From contig NC_043003.1 of the NCBI RefSeq assembly GCF_006345805.1, forward strand, positions 50,840,001 to 50,904,000: 64,000 nt of DNA, given 5' to 3'. The position numbers and the translations under genes are program-made. Positions 38,888 through 52,065 of the stretch are shown in pieces (within the stretch, counting starts at the first letter, position 1; each line of letters opens with the position of its first letter). The stretch comes from Octopus sinensis (Eukaryota). The notes under the pieces were generated by a model. The model worked only from the letters and a program-made list of their open reading frames with translations, was not told where the DNA came from and searched no databases.

Positions 38888-41221
38888 TATATGATAATAA
38901 TGTTGCAGCTTCGGAGGAATACGAGCAACAAATATACAAATCTAACCTAAGAGAGATTTGAAATCAAAAATCAGACCAGTGAATCTATAGTTATGCGTTT
39001 AGTCGAATAAATGCGTTTGTAACTGACAAATCAATGATGAAATATATACGGGAATTATTCTACATAAAATAGTAAACCAATGAATAACTGAGAATAATAT
39101 TTATCTGAATGACTGTGTTGAAAGGGATTGCCTGAAATTATTTGAATTAAAATAGAACTATAGTTCCTGCCAGGTTTCTGTCGAGTCACTTATTATCAGC
39201 AACTAGGGAACTTTTATGCGTTCACTCGAGCTGCAAGAAAAAGCAGGTCATTTTTTTAAAATCACACCGTACCGTTTAAGAAAAAGGGTTCATCTAGTAA
39301 TGTAATCCTAGATATCTCTAAAAGGTTACATTTTCACAACTAAAATACTTCATCATAGAGCTAATCATTCAGCTTTTAGTTACGGAGGCAAATGTCATTC
39401 TGATTTATGATCAAACATCGATATAATACATTCCTTGACGATATCTGGAGTTTAGGAGTCAAATGACCAGGTTTGTAATACAATTGATTTCTAAAGGCTT
39501 GCACAGTCACATATTTTCAGTGAGGTAGGCATAAATGGATTGGTGCGATCCCAATCCTCATCAAATTCTTATTCTATCGACACTGGAAAGTTGAAAGTAA
39601 AATTCTTTCCGGGAAGGATCTGAACGTAATAAAGAGACGTAATAAAATTATTTCTATTTAAGCACAAGACAAGCAATTTTGACTGCTAATCAGTTTTATT
39701 GACCCTCTGTGTTTTAACTCCTTACATTTATTGGTTATAGATGTGTAGGTTCGGCGTCTATGCTTCGGGGTCAGTCCTTAGCATACGCATAGAATGTAGG
39801 TTATGAACTCTAGAAATATAGTAAAAAAACTAAATAGCTAATTGAATTTGAACCCAAATAATAAATCCTACTATAACATTTAGTTTCCACCACTGCAAAA
39901 TCTATTGCTATCATAGGAAAATGGTAGAAGGCTGAAAAATAGAGTATCAAATTTACTTGGGAAGACTCGAAGGACCTTAACTCGACAACTATAAGTAGAA
40001 GATGCTCCTTAAACACTGAAAACTCGCTAGATCATTAACTGAGTAAACATGAACACTGTTTAATAACGAGTTATTACTCTGCTGAATTCAAGAATTCGAT
40101 CCGTTAAGATGGATACGGACAGAGTCTGTCTGGTTAACTTGATCCGATATGCATATTGGATTAACGTGATAATAAGCCTGGACTACCTCTCACAATTATT
40201 GTTGAACGAAGGAATAATCACGCTACTATTTTGTGATTCTGTTATCGGTGTCAGCCATGGAGATGTGGCCATGCTGGAGCACCACTATTAAAGATTATAG
40301 TCATAGATACCTGAAGAGAAACGGGGTTGTCATTTTGTAAAGTATTCGACCAAAGGCCTTCTAAATCGGGACTGACTTTAGGTTAAACAACAATAACATG
40401 AACCACAATTTCCGCTATGACCACACGGTCGTTCAAGCTGACGAAATTAGCGGCCAAATCTTACTCAAATTACATGTTACTGTCTTAAAAACAGAACGGA
40501 CAGATTGGATAAAGTAATATTAGATAACACTCAGATAGTCAGGATGGTCAAGACTGGAATACCTCATATCATAAGTCTGCTCGACTGGAATTGACCTAAG
40601 ATTAAACAGCAAAAACAGCAACCAATGTAATTACCATTGATAGAGATTCTCAATTTGGACGACTGCTGTAGCAGGAAATAAGAGATTTTTAATGACAACC
40701 TCTTGATTGGCCTTGCTTCGCTAATAAATGTTAGATTCCAGCGTATTACTCGCAGAAGAGGAATTAATTAAATTAACTAAGTAGAACAGATGGTAATTGT
40801 TAAACAAAGTGATTCTCCCATTTTACGATGGTATTAAGATTAGTTTAAAGAATAGTAACTCTGAGATAAGGATTCTATTGATAATGCGATGCTTGAAAAC
40901 CATACCCTTTACAGCTGAAGTTTTCATATCAATTTCATTCTCCAACCACGACTTCATTAATTCATCTTTGTTCATTTTTCCTTTCTATTTGTCTTTTTTG
41001 TGTTTTACTTTGTCTTTTTTCTCTTTTGACGTTTTCTATACCTACGTTTTAAAAGTTTATAGAATTCTCATTCAGCGTTGGTTGTTGACTATAGCTTCAA
41101 CTTCAAGTATTTCTTATACTAATTAATTTCACATCTGATATAACAGACTACTCTCTTTATTAGCGATCTAACCATCGATACATATATATATATATATATA
41201 TAATATATATATATTATATAT

Positions 41222-41275
<54 letters not shown>

Positions 41276-41574
41276 AAATAAGGGTAAATAATTTCTTCGA
41301 TGGTTTTTCAGACAACCAACAATTATTTACCGGTAGATTTCGGTATGTAAATATGACCATTAGCGGCGGGAACTTCTGTGAAGTTCAGTATATATTGTAT
41401 ATAAGTAGAAGGGCAGGCAACAGGTTGCTTTGCCGCATACCGAAAGAATTAGAAATAGCAGTCAGAGACTGTTTATTTCTATTTTCTACAAGTGGGGCTC
41501 CACATACGACATAACCCTGCAATTCACATATGCAAAATAGGAGGAATAAATAACAAAAACAATGCCTTACCGTT

Positions 41575-41637
41575 AATAGCGAACATGTTTCTAGATTAGA
41601 AGTAAGAAAATACTTCATGTCTTTCATCAGCGCCATC
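41575..41637 (-). ncRNA. Type I hammerhead ribozyme motif (Penelope-like, palindromic helix III), left arm
   Basis: GAUGGCG-CUGAUGA-[32 nt]-GAA-ACAUGU-U-CGCUAUU. Core is canonical; helix I has 7 bp (including G-U); helix III is the palindrome ACAUGU; cleavage triplet GUU. The base of helix II has an A.A mismatch. Confidence 0.6.
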
Positions 41638-41897
41638 TTCGATAGATTTATCAAATGCCACCTACCTCCACCTTTGACCAGGCGACATCAAAATAGTGGG
41701 AGAAAGTAAGCATAGGCTAAACCTATGTAGACGATTGGATCCGTAAATTTTCCCTCCAAAATTTTGCCATGTGCATTACAAGAATAGTTCCTTAAGGGTA
41801 GAAACTACATAGGTTTAGCCTATGCTCACTTTCTCCCACTATTTTGATGTCGCCTGGTCAAAGGTGGAGGTAGGTGGCATTTGATAAATCTATTGAA

Positions 41898-41960
41898 GAT
41901 GACGCTGATGAAAGACATGAAGTATTTTCTTACTTCTAATCTAGAAACATGTTCGCTATT
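41898..41960 (+). ncRNA. Type I hammerhead ribozyme motif, right arm
   Basis: CTGATGA at 41905-41911, GAAAC at 41944-41948, predicted cleavage 3' of 41953. Helix I GAUGACG/CGCUAUU has one A.C mismatch. Confidence 0.55.
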
Positions 41961-42131
41961 AAGAGTAAGGCATTATTTTCGTTATTTATTCCTCCTATTT
42001 TGCATATGTGAATTGCAGGATTATGTCGTATGTGGAGCCCCAGTTGTAGAAAATAGAAATAAACAGTCTCTGACTGCTATTTCTAATTCTTTCGGTATGC
42101 GGCAAAGCAACCTGTTGCCTGCCCTTCTACT

Positions 42132-42187
<56 letters not shown>

Positions 42188-42210
42188 TATATATACATAC
42201 TTACTTACTT

Positions 42211-44050
42211 ACAAGGTGAAAAAAGTGTACGTACACTGCCTGTGTATATATAAATATAAAAAATGAACCAAAAGCATAATAGAGGACAATAAAACATCCA
42301 GACAGACGATACAAAGGCGGACAGAAAAAACAATAAATAGAGGGACAGGAAAAAAGGACGTGTCATTCGTGGCCTTCTTTCAAGTTTCCAGATTGTCCTT
42401 ACAATTTCGGACAGTTACACTTGAGACTGTTCAAATCTGGTTGCCCCCAAAAAGTCTAAGCTAAGAGCATTAGATTCTTTATAAGAAAGCAAGCGAATGT
42501 GTACGACAACAAAGACAAAAAACTGAGAGCATGGTACACAACTACAAATACAAACAACAAGAATATAACAACAGGTGTCTTTCGTCTAATGAGGACGAAT
42601 CAAATTCGGCTAGCTTAAAGCCTTGAGGCAGGAACATAGGAGATGGACATAGATGTTGGCGGTCGGCAGTCAAGCCAAGAAAGAACGGGAAAGAACGGGA
42701 AAGAGAGAAAAAATCAAAGGAATAAAGAGAAAGGTACAAGGGAGATAAACGAGGAGGAAAAGTAGGAATTAAAGAAAGAGAGGACCGAGGAATGTGGTAG
42801 AGGGGGAGCGGGAAAAATAAAAGAGGAAGACAGTAGGAGGGGATTAAAAGATAGATAAAAGAATCGTACAAAATTTACATACATACATACTATAAGGTGA
42901 GCAAAAGTGTACGTACGCCGCTATCTGTATCTATGAATATAAAAAATGGACCAAAATGCAATAGAGAACAACAAAACATCCAGACAGAAAGACGATACAA
43001 AAGCGGATAGGAAAAACAACAAATACAGGAAATGGAATTCACGAGATTCTTTATTAATCACAACAATTGTCTCGATCCACCTTACACCTTGTAGATGACT
43101 ACAATTGTAGAAGTATGGTGACATTGGTTAATGTGGATTGGCATGTTAGCATGTGCGAAATTTTAGGTGGATATACTCTGAAAGCGTATTTGAGAGGCTG
43201 TGAAGGTGTGCGATCAAAGAAACTCTGAGTGGCGGCGCGAGCAGGGTTGAAGGTAATATTAATGTGTTTGAGGAAGACAGAGAGAGAGGGGGGAAGAGAG
43301 AGAGTACGTGCATAAGCAAAAGCAAGAAGGGTTTGAGTAGAGCATTGATTCCATGCGTGTGGCTTCGTAACAAAGGTTTAAAAGAAATTCGAGATACTGA
43401 AATTCTTATACGATAGAGAAAACTCTGAGAAAGTCAAATTTGGAAATAAGAAAAGTCTGAAAAGTTGGCAAAAATTTTTGAAGATGGTAAAAATTCTAGA
43501 ATCTTCTAGTGATGGTAAAAAGTCCGACAAGATGATACAATCTGAGGAAAAAGTGAAATAATGTAGTTGCTAGAAAGCATGAGTTTCGTACGTAGGTGTT
43601 GTAGAGGGGAAGGCTGACGTAAGGAGCGGACAAAAGAGAGAAAATTGGACGCAAGGGGATAAAAGAGGGCAGCCGTAGATGCAAGTGTTGGGATGCTAAC
43701 TGGCTGCAGGGTGAGTAGCATCATACAGAATGGACGGAGAAGAGAAGCAGGTGAGTCAGATGTACAAGAATACAAGAAGTGGAAGAGTGTGTATGGAAAA
43801 GTGACAGTGAGTGTGCATATGTATGTGAGAGTGTGTATGAAGAATAGTAGTTGGGATATGTATGTGTTGGAAGGGATAAGGTGTGGTTAATGGAATAGTG
43901 GAATTCTCGAATAAGCGATTTGGGGTATGCAGGTTAGAAAAAAAGAGGGGGTGAATTTAAGTCAGAAGGTGTGTAAGTTTTAAGGAAGAAGATTGAACTC
44001 CTGTTCTTTCTGAAAGAGGCAATTGCTTACGTACCTAATTTGCCTCAGAA
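42211..44050 (-). mobile_element. Decayed Penelope-like element with a repeated terminal segment
   Basis: A ~130-bp direct repeat at 42211-42335 and 42891-43020. Minus-strand remnants FLRLYHL and ITFNPA..YAFR resemble the SQFLRLRRxCS and LTYHP...AYRR motifs of the Penelope C-terminal region. Highly degenerate. Confidence 0.45.
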
Positions 44051-44799
44051 CAAATCTTGAGAAGCAAGGCTTTAAAACCGGCAAGAAAACTGCCAATTAA
44101 GAAATTAGACTTACAAGCTAATCATCTAACTGTGAAAAGTTTGCAGGGTTTGATGTGCTTATTAATATTCGTAACAAACGCTGATTCTGTCACTAATAGG
44201 CAATTTATTCATAACCAACCAGTTTTCGCGACATCACTGACTGTATGGCCACTGTTATGCTATATCGGTTTGACTGATTTTTGATCTAACATTGATGCAT
44301 GGCTATCAGTTGCTGATGGTCTCTAATTTACGGTGAAATCACATACTCCAATAGTGCCATGTGCAGCTACTGATGAAAATTTCACCAGCCGATATAGTTA
44401 GGTGCTCTAAACTATACATCTAATTTAGGTTGAATGTGCTAATTGAAATTCATATATTTTAATTTAGTTGTTTTTATTTCAGGATGAAAAGGTGTATGTA
44501 TGTATTTTGCAAATACAGTCCGCAAGTGAAGCAATAATTGTGTGAAAAACTTTACAAAAATTTTACATGTAATCCTTAAAGATTGTTATTATCAAAATTC
44601 CAACGATAGAACCTTATTTCTATGCTAATATCCAGTTTCTTCGTAGAAGATTTCAATTTATTTAAAAAGAAGAAAAAAGCCTGCGTGAAGTGTTATGTTA
44701 ATCGTGTATTTTACAAGCTTAAATCAACGTTTCATATATATATATATATATATAATATGAGTCGCCATGATAGATCGTTAGCCACTACATACATTTTTT

Positions 44800-44952
44800 T
44801 TCTCTCCTTGTTTTTTCTGTGTACCTTTCTGTAGAAGAGCGTAGGCTCGAAACGTAAAAGACTTTTTCTATTCCTGAGCGTTATACTAATACATCTGTTT
44901 GTTTTGTACACCACCTGTCTTCGTCTTTTGTTTTGTTTTTCGTAAACTTTCC

Positions 44953-44955
<3 letters not shown>
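44800..44955 (+). mobile_element. Penelope-type terminal repeat with a variant hammerhead-like motif (44825-44860)
   Basis: CTTT-CTGTAGA-A-GAGC gtag GCTC-GAA-ACGT-A-AAAG, flanked by (TA)n on both sides. Confidence 0.45.
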
Positions 44956-45012
<57 letters not shown>

Positions 45013-45370
45013 TATAGATATATATATATAACAAAACGCTCCTCAAAGCATTATCACCACAGCCGCAAGAACCACAGCAACCACTACCAGCTATATAAAT
45101 AAGTTTAAGCGTGTAGGTATGCGTTTGTTAGGATAATCACTTGTTTCGGTAAAAAGCTGAAAATAATGACATACATTTCGTCACAGCTGGTTATCTCTGA
45201 ATTTGCTTATATTTAATACTCTATAGCAAAATATCTTGCTGAGACTAACAGACAAATACTTAAACATTAATAACAATACCAGTAACCAGCAGTAAGTACA
45301 GTGATCAATCTCCTCCCTTTTATAATTTATGTATGGCTCTAACAATATATATTTAATTTTCTAAAAATAT

Positions 45371-45605
45371 CTTTTACTTCTTTCAGTCATTAAATTACGG
45401 CCATGCTGGAGCATCCCTTGAATTTTTAGTCGTATGAATCGACCCCTGTGCTTTTTTTTCACTTTGTAAGCCTGGTACTTATTCCATTGGTCACTTTTGC
45501 AGAGCCGCTAAGTTACCGGGATGTAAACACACACACACCACATACATACATACACACACACACACACACCACACACACACACACACCACACACACACACA
45601 CATAT

Positions 45606-45656
<51 letters not shown>

Positions 45657-45898
45657 TATTAATATATATATATATATTAGATGAAACCTTAGCGACTGAA
45701 GAAGGGGATTTTTCGTTGTGCTTATTGTCCTGTATTCTTATTTTGCTTGTCTTGTTCCTTGGTTTGTGTCTATGTTTTTCGTCTCTCTATGTGTTCGACG
45801 TCTTTTTGGTGTCCTGTACACATATATGCGTGTATATGTACATGTAGAGGTAGGTACGTACATATATGTTTATATATATGCATATGTTCTATTTTATT

Positions 45899-45929
<31 letters not shown>

Positions 45930-46095
45930 GACGGGCTTCTTTCAGTTTCCGTCCACGAATTTCACTCACAATGCTTTGGTCGACCCGAGGCTATAATAGA
46001 AGACACTCGCACAAACTCGCACAAGGTGCCGCGCGACGCGACAGAACCCGGATCCATGTAGTTGAGAAGCAAGCTTCTTAACACGGCCATACATG
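45371..46095 (-). mobile_element. SINE family A split by a ~220-bp unrelated insert (45678-45900) within its internal microsatellite
   Basis: The 3' half (45371-45535) and 5' half (45930-46095) are colinear with 34325-34636. Confidence 0.75.
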
Positions 46096-46355
46096 CACAC
46101 ACACACATACACACACGTATCTATTTGTATGCGTGTGTGTGTATGTGTGTGTGTGTGTGTGCGTGTCCTTTATTTTTACTTTGTTACTTTCACTGGACTC
46201 CGGTCTTAAGAACCCTTCCTCGAACCAATCTTATCGAACAAAACTTATTTTGAAGTTTGGGTCTTATTCTATCGGGATCTTTTGGTGAACTGCTAAGTTA
46301 CGGGGACTAACAAAACTAGCGATGGGAGCGTGACAAATACAAATGCGCATATATA

Positions 46356-46393
<38 letters not shown>

Positions 46394-46777
46394 TATATAT
46401 ATATATATATATATATGATTTGGCTCTAAGGCTCAACTGGTACTTATTTTATCGACCCTGAAATGATGAAAGGCAAAATCAACCTGGACGGAATTTGAAC
46501 TCAGAACGTAAAGATGGACGGGATGCCACTAGGCATTATTCCCGGCGTGCTAACAACTCTGCCAGCTCGCCGCCTTACAAGCATTAAATATTAATAAGAT
46601 AACTACTAGCACTACCACAACACTAGCAAAAGCTACCGCCATCAATAACAGTGTATGTGTGTGTAGTGTATGTCTGTCTGACTGTGTGTCTGTGTCTGTG
46701 TCTGTGCATATATATATATATAGATATATATTTTATAATATATATATATATATTATTAATATATATATATATATCAT

Positions 46778-46819
<42 letters not shown>

Positions 46820-47902
46820 ATATTTATTATACATATTATATACATAATTATATATATATATTTATATATATATGTATGTATGTATGTGTATATATATATA
46901 TATACATGTATATATGTATGTATGTAGCACTAACAATTATTACAACACCTACAAAAACAACAGACAATAAAACGAAGCATGATTAGCAACAAGAAAAACA
47001 AAAGAACAACACTCTTTACAGTAACATGAACAACATCAAAAGACTACAACAACACGAAGAACAATATTATATGAAATAAACACCACCACCACCACCGTAA
47101 TACCACGAAGTATCACTGCGTCTAAATCAACAGCGAAGGGGGTCAGGACGGAGTCTTTCAGCTTGCCAGAACAGGGCAATCTAATCTGACTCGTCATATC
47201 ATATTCTAATATTATTTGTAATAAAAAAAAAATAGGGGACACGTTTCTGCCTGAAATAAAGACGGAATGGCCAGTCGTAGTACACTTTCGACCATTGGGC
47301 TGCTCGTGCAGAATTCACCCGGGAGCTACACAACAACAACAATAGCAACAACATCGTCTCTGTGCCAACACTTAAAACAACATACCATCAACATAGCATC
47401 AATGAGGACGGTAACAACGACAGCAGTAATATGATTACAATAGTAAAGACAGCAACAAGGACTGAACAAACTATAACATGATTGCCATGATAGACGCCTC
47501 GATATCGTCGTGCAATTTAGAAAATCTCGGTCAAATCTCACCCTACGATCTTAAATAAAATGTAAAGGACACTCTTTGGATAATGTAGTTCTAGATATAC
47601 AATGTCTCAGAAGAATAAAAACAGATGTGATGTGCAGAAATGGAATACCTTTCATTGTATATCTGCTCGATCATAGCTGACTGAGAGTTAAGAAGACGAG
47701 TTCGGCAAAAGACACCGATAGAGTAAGTACCAGGCTTAAACAAAACATATATATTGGGATCGATTCATTCGACTATAAATTCTTCAAGGCGGTGCCCCAG
47801 CATGGCCGCAGTCTAATGACTGAAACAAGTAAAAGATACAAAATAAGATAGAAATTACTTTCAGATGGTGTAGATTACGACTAAATCGGTTTGTGTTGTG
47901 AA

Positions 47903-47993
<91 letters not shown>

Positions 47994-48161
47994 GGAGGTC
48001 TGTTTCAATAAATTACATGCTCAATATGGAACAGAATTTCTTTCTACGTACCTACATCAAAGGGATGTGTTATAATACTATTCCACAACCATACCAACAA
48101 TCCAACATTAGCTGCCCCACAATATCATTATGGTTTCGACATATTTACCAACTTATCTCTA

Positions 48162-48169
48162 TCTATGTT

Positions 48170-48238
<69 letters not shown>

Positions 48239-48289
48239 CTGCCTCTCTGTCTGTCAATCCGTCTATCCATCCATCCGTCCATCTGCCAG

Positions 48290-48375
<86 letters not shown>
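48162..48375. repeat. (TATC)n microsatellite
   Basis: Direct reading. Confidence 0.95.
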
Positions 48376-49043
48376 CTGTTAGACATGGTAACAAAATTTC
48401 TCTCAAATCACATTCTACCATATTAAAAGAAAAAAATGGAAGTTATGCTGGATAATGTACCACTAAATACCACTAAAAATAACGGATGACCTCGGATAAA
48501 ATGCCAATCATCCAGACCTACTGGATTGATGTTAGCCTGGGGTTAAATAATAATTCCTTCTACAATAGGCACAAGGCCGAACATTTTTGTGGACCCGGGT
48601 GGTAGTCGGTCTCATTGATCCCAATTCTCAACTGATTCTTACTTTACTGACTCCGAAAGCATGAAAGGCAAAGACCAGCTCATTGGAATATTAACTCACA
48701 ACGTAAAACGAGAAGAAATGGTGTTTTGCATTTTGTCAGGCGTGCTAACGATTCTGCCAGCTCAGCAACAACAGGAGCCAATGAGGAAGTCTATTTATGA
48801 TCGGTTGACTTGTTGGAATTAGCAGTGAAATATCCCTCGAATCGCATTAGTGACCTAGAATTAAATAACAACGACAACAACAACAACAGCAACAGCAATA
48901 AAAACAATAACAACAGACGGCAGCAGCAGCAGCAGAAATGGGTTTATATCAACATTGACGTCAACAACGACGGCGACACCAATTTACAAGAAAATAACGA
49001 TGACGAGGAAAACGACGATGACAGCCTCGATAACAAATACCAC

Positions 49044-49081
<38 letters not shown>

Positions 49082-50300
49082 CAACAACAACAACAAATTA
49101 AAACAAATATTAGTTGCGGGGTGTATGAGAGACAGCGGTGTCATGGGACGAAAATAAAAACAACACTCAGAGACATTCCCTACTTCCGGAAGTAAAAGAA
49201 TCTGAGAATGTGTTGGGTTGTATCTTGAGAATGTTAATGTCTTACCATTACTGTCTTGGGTGTGCCCTGCTTAAAAGATCAGATGGCGCAGAGTGCAGCA
49301 TGCAAATGCTGTGTATGCATGTGCGCGTATGTCTGCACATGAATAAATGTATACATGTATATCTATGCGTATGTGTATGTTTATATATACATATACATAT
49401 ATGTGTGTGTGTGTATCTATCTATATATAAGTATATATATATATGTATATATGTATCTATGTATATATATGTATCTATATATACATATATATATGTATGT
49501 ATATATATATATATGTATACATACATATATACGTATATATACACATATATACTATACATACATGCATGCATATATATATATATACATACATATATTCATA
49601 CATATATATAAATATAAATACATACATATATACACACACATACATACATACATACATACATACATACATACATACATACATACATGCATGCATAGATACA
49701 TGCATGTATACATACATACTTATCTGCATTCATACATACATACACGTGTTTGTGCGTATCTACGTATATACATATATGTGAGTGCAATTTTGTCTGCATC
49801 TATGTGCATGCATGAGTGCGTATATGTGTGGGTGCACGCATACATCTACGGACATACACACAAGCACGCTCACACTCATAGAACTACATACACACACACA
49901 TACACACACACATATATATAGCACATTTTTTAAAAAACCATATCCATATATCATATATCTATATACGTATGTATGCATAACAGTAATTTTTATTTAAATA
50001 TATATTTGCCTATGTGGCTGTGTATGTATGAGTGTGTAAAGGCACGCTTATTTTCAAGTGTATATATGTGTAGGTAGTTGTATAAGTATATGTATACGTA
50101 CGTTAACATATTTTAATAATAAAACATTATTAGATAAAATAATACCCATAATAAGGACATTGAAACTGCAATGTGATATATATAAAGAACGAGCATACAA
50201 CTGCATCCTTTTTTTTTGTTCGTTGCACCATCAAAACGAGGTGGAACTCTTTAGAATTTCCATATGTAGTATGTGTTTATTTTTTTAAAATTTTATTCGC

Positions 50301-50540
50301 TTATTTGTTTCAGTCATATGATTGCGGCCATGTTGGAGCACCGCCTTTAGTCGAGCACATCGACCCCAAGACTTATTCTTTGTTAGCCCAGTACTTATTC
50401 TATCGGCCTCCTCTGCCGAACCACTAACTTACGGGGACGTAAACACACCAAAATCGGTTATCAAGCGATGGTGGGGGACAAACAGACACACAAATACACA
50501 TACACACATACACACACACATACCTACACACACACACACG

Positions 50541-50593
<53 letters not shown>

Positions 50594-50770
50594 CCATACA
50601 CACACACGATGGGTTTGTTTCAGTTACCGTCTATCAAATCCACTCACTAGGCTTTGGTCGCCCCGAGGCTATAATAGAAGACACTTGTCCAAGATGCCAC
50701 GCATTGAGACTGAACCCGGAGCCATGTTGCTGGTAAGCAAGCTACTTACCACACACCCACTTCTACGTCT
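50301..50770 (-). mobile_element. SINE family A, full length with internal (CA)n/(TA)n
   Basis: Reverse-complement homology to 1673-1979. Confidence 0.88.
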
Positions 50771-50928
50771 ATGTGGAATTTTTGTGAGGAAGTTCAACAG
50801 TTGCCTACCGTCTGGTGGTTTTTTGTCTTTTGGTTTTTTTTTTTTCAAGATACTTTCTTTTTGGCGGTAGCCAGATCTGAGTGAGAATGAGAGGAAGAGA
50901 GAAAGACAAAGAAGCAGGCAGGCAGAAA

Positions 50929-51010
50929 GAAGAAGAAGAAGAAGAAGAAGAAGAAGAAGAAGAAGAAGAAGAAGAAGAAGAAGAAGAAGAAGAAGAAGAA
51001 GAAGAAGAAG

Positions 51011-51039
<29 letters not shown>
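50929..51039. repeat. Pure (GAA)37 microsatellite
   Basis: Counted directly. Confidence 0.97.
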
Positions 51040-51041
<2 letters not shown>

Positions 51042-51956
51042 CCCTCCAACATTTGATAGATACTGAAAATGATGAAAGCCAAAGTCGAACTTAGTGGGAT
51101 TTGAACTCTAAGAACGTAGAGAGCCGGAATATATACGGCAAATCATTCTACCCGACACTCTAACGACACTGCCAATTCGCCCCTTGTATGTAGATCCTCA
51201 TATAAATATACAGTTTGCTTGTGTATATACGTCTGTTGGTGTGTATAAATGTGCACTCGTGTGTGTGTGTATATATATGTATGTACATGCGTATGTTTGC
51301 GTGTGAGAGATAAAAAAAAAGTGCGAGAGAGAGAAAGAGAAAATCAGACACAGAATGCATGATTGTGCAGTAAGACATGAGACTGTAATAAACAAAATAT
51401 CGAAAGAAGACTAATCTTGCTCCATGCCTACACAACTGTGCCACATGTGTGTATTTTCCAGATAAACTTGATACAAACACCATTCGTCTGGTGGTGATTA
51501 CGAAGATTGTTTTGTTTAAACAAAAAAATATATAATGGTTCTTTGAGTGAGATATCATTTATCATCATGAAATACATCACATGAAACTAACACATCAATT
51601 AGATTGCTGATATAAACTTTATTTCGTTCTGTCTTAATTCTCTTGTGTTCCTCTTCTCTTTCGTCAATGAAGTCTTAACATAACGACTCCTCCTTATATC
51701 GTATTGGATAGCTATGTGTGAGTGTGTCCTTGTGTGTGTGAAAGAGAGAGCGAGAGTATATGTGTATGTGCTGCGCACATTTGTGTTTGCATATATGAAT
51801 GTTTTTACTTGACACTTAAAGACAATGTCTTTATCATGACTTTCATCTACTGTGCATCACCAAATTTACTACCGAGGTCGACTATCAACTATTCTTGTCA
51901 TGTTACATGAGCCACTTAACCCGTTAGTTTGCAGGAATTCTATTTTAACACTTCAG

Positions 51957-52065
51957 AATCAACTTGCAATGCATCCGGGGGCAAGTTAACCTCGTGGATG
52001 GAGAACACAATTCCTTCTAAATCATATACTTTGGAGAACCTGTCTGATGCTGAACATTGCATCTG
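51957..52065 (+). other. Candidate 109-nt exon resembling the start of a C-type lectin domain
   Basis: tattttaacacttcag acceptor; open frame (E)STCNASGGKLTSWMENTIPSKSYTLENLSDAEHCI(W); TG|gtacgc donor. The C-x3-GGxL pattern and split Trp codon are lectin-like, but no following WIG exon was found. Confidence 0.25.

Larger units (their letters stand above)
41398..42137. repeat. Long inverted repeat: 333-bp arms (41398-41730, 41805-42137) with a 74-bp spacer
   Basis: Base-by-base comparison gave 9 substitutions in 333 bp (about 97%). The ORF track shows mirror peptides MINLSKMALMKDMKYF (-) and MINLLKMTLMKDMKYF (+). Confidence 0.97.

Noticed and set aside
41330-41366. Third hammerhead-like motif on the minus strand (CTAATGG...ACCGAAA)
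   Set aside because: Two core substitutions and no convincing helix III; at most a dead relic.
44483-44491. 9-nt microexon candidate GATGAAAAG after a strong acceptor
   Set aside because: The donor is ambiguous and overlaps a (GTAT)n repeat; it cannot be supported without reads.
47104-47205. 102-nt symmetric exon candidate on the minus strand (YDMTSQIRLPCSGKLKDSVLTPFAVDLDAVILR)
   Set aside because: Weak donor (gtatta) and no recognisable homology; expected by chance in 64 kb.
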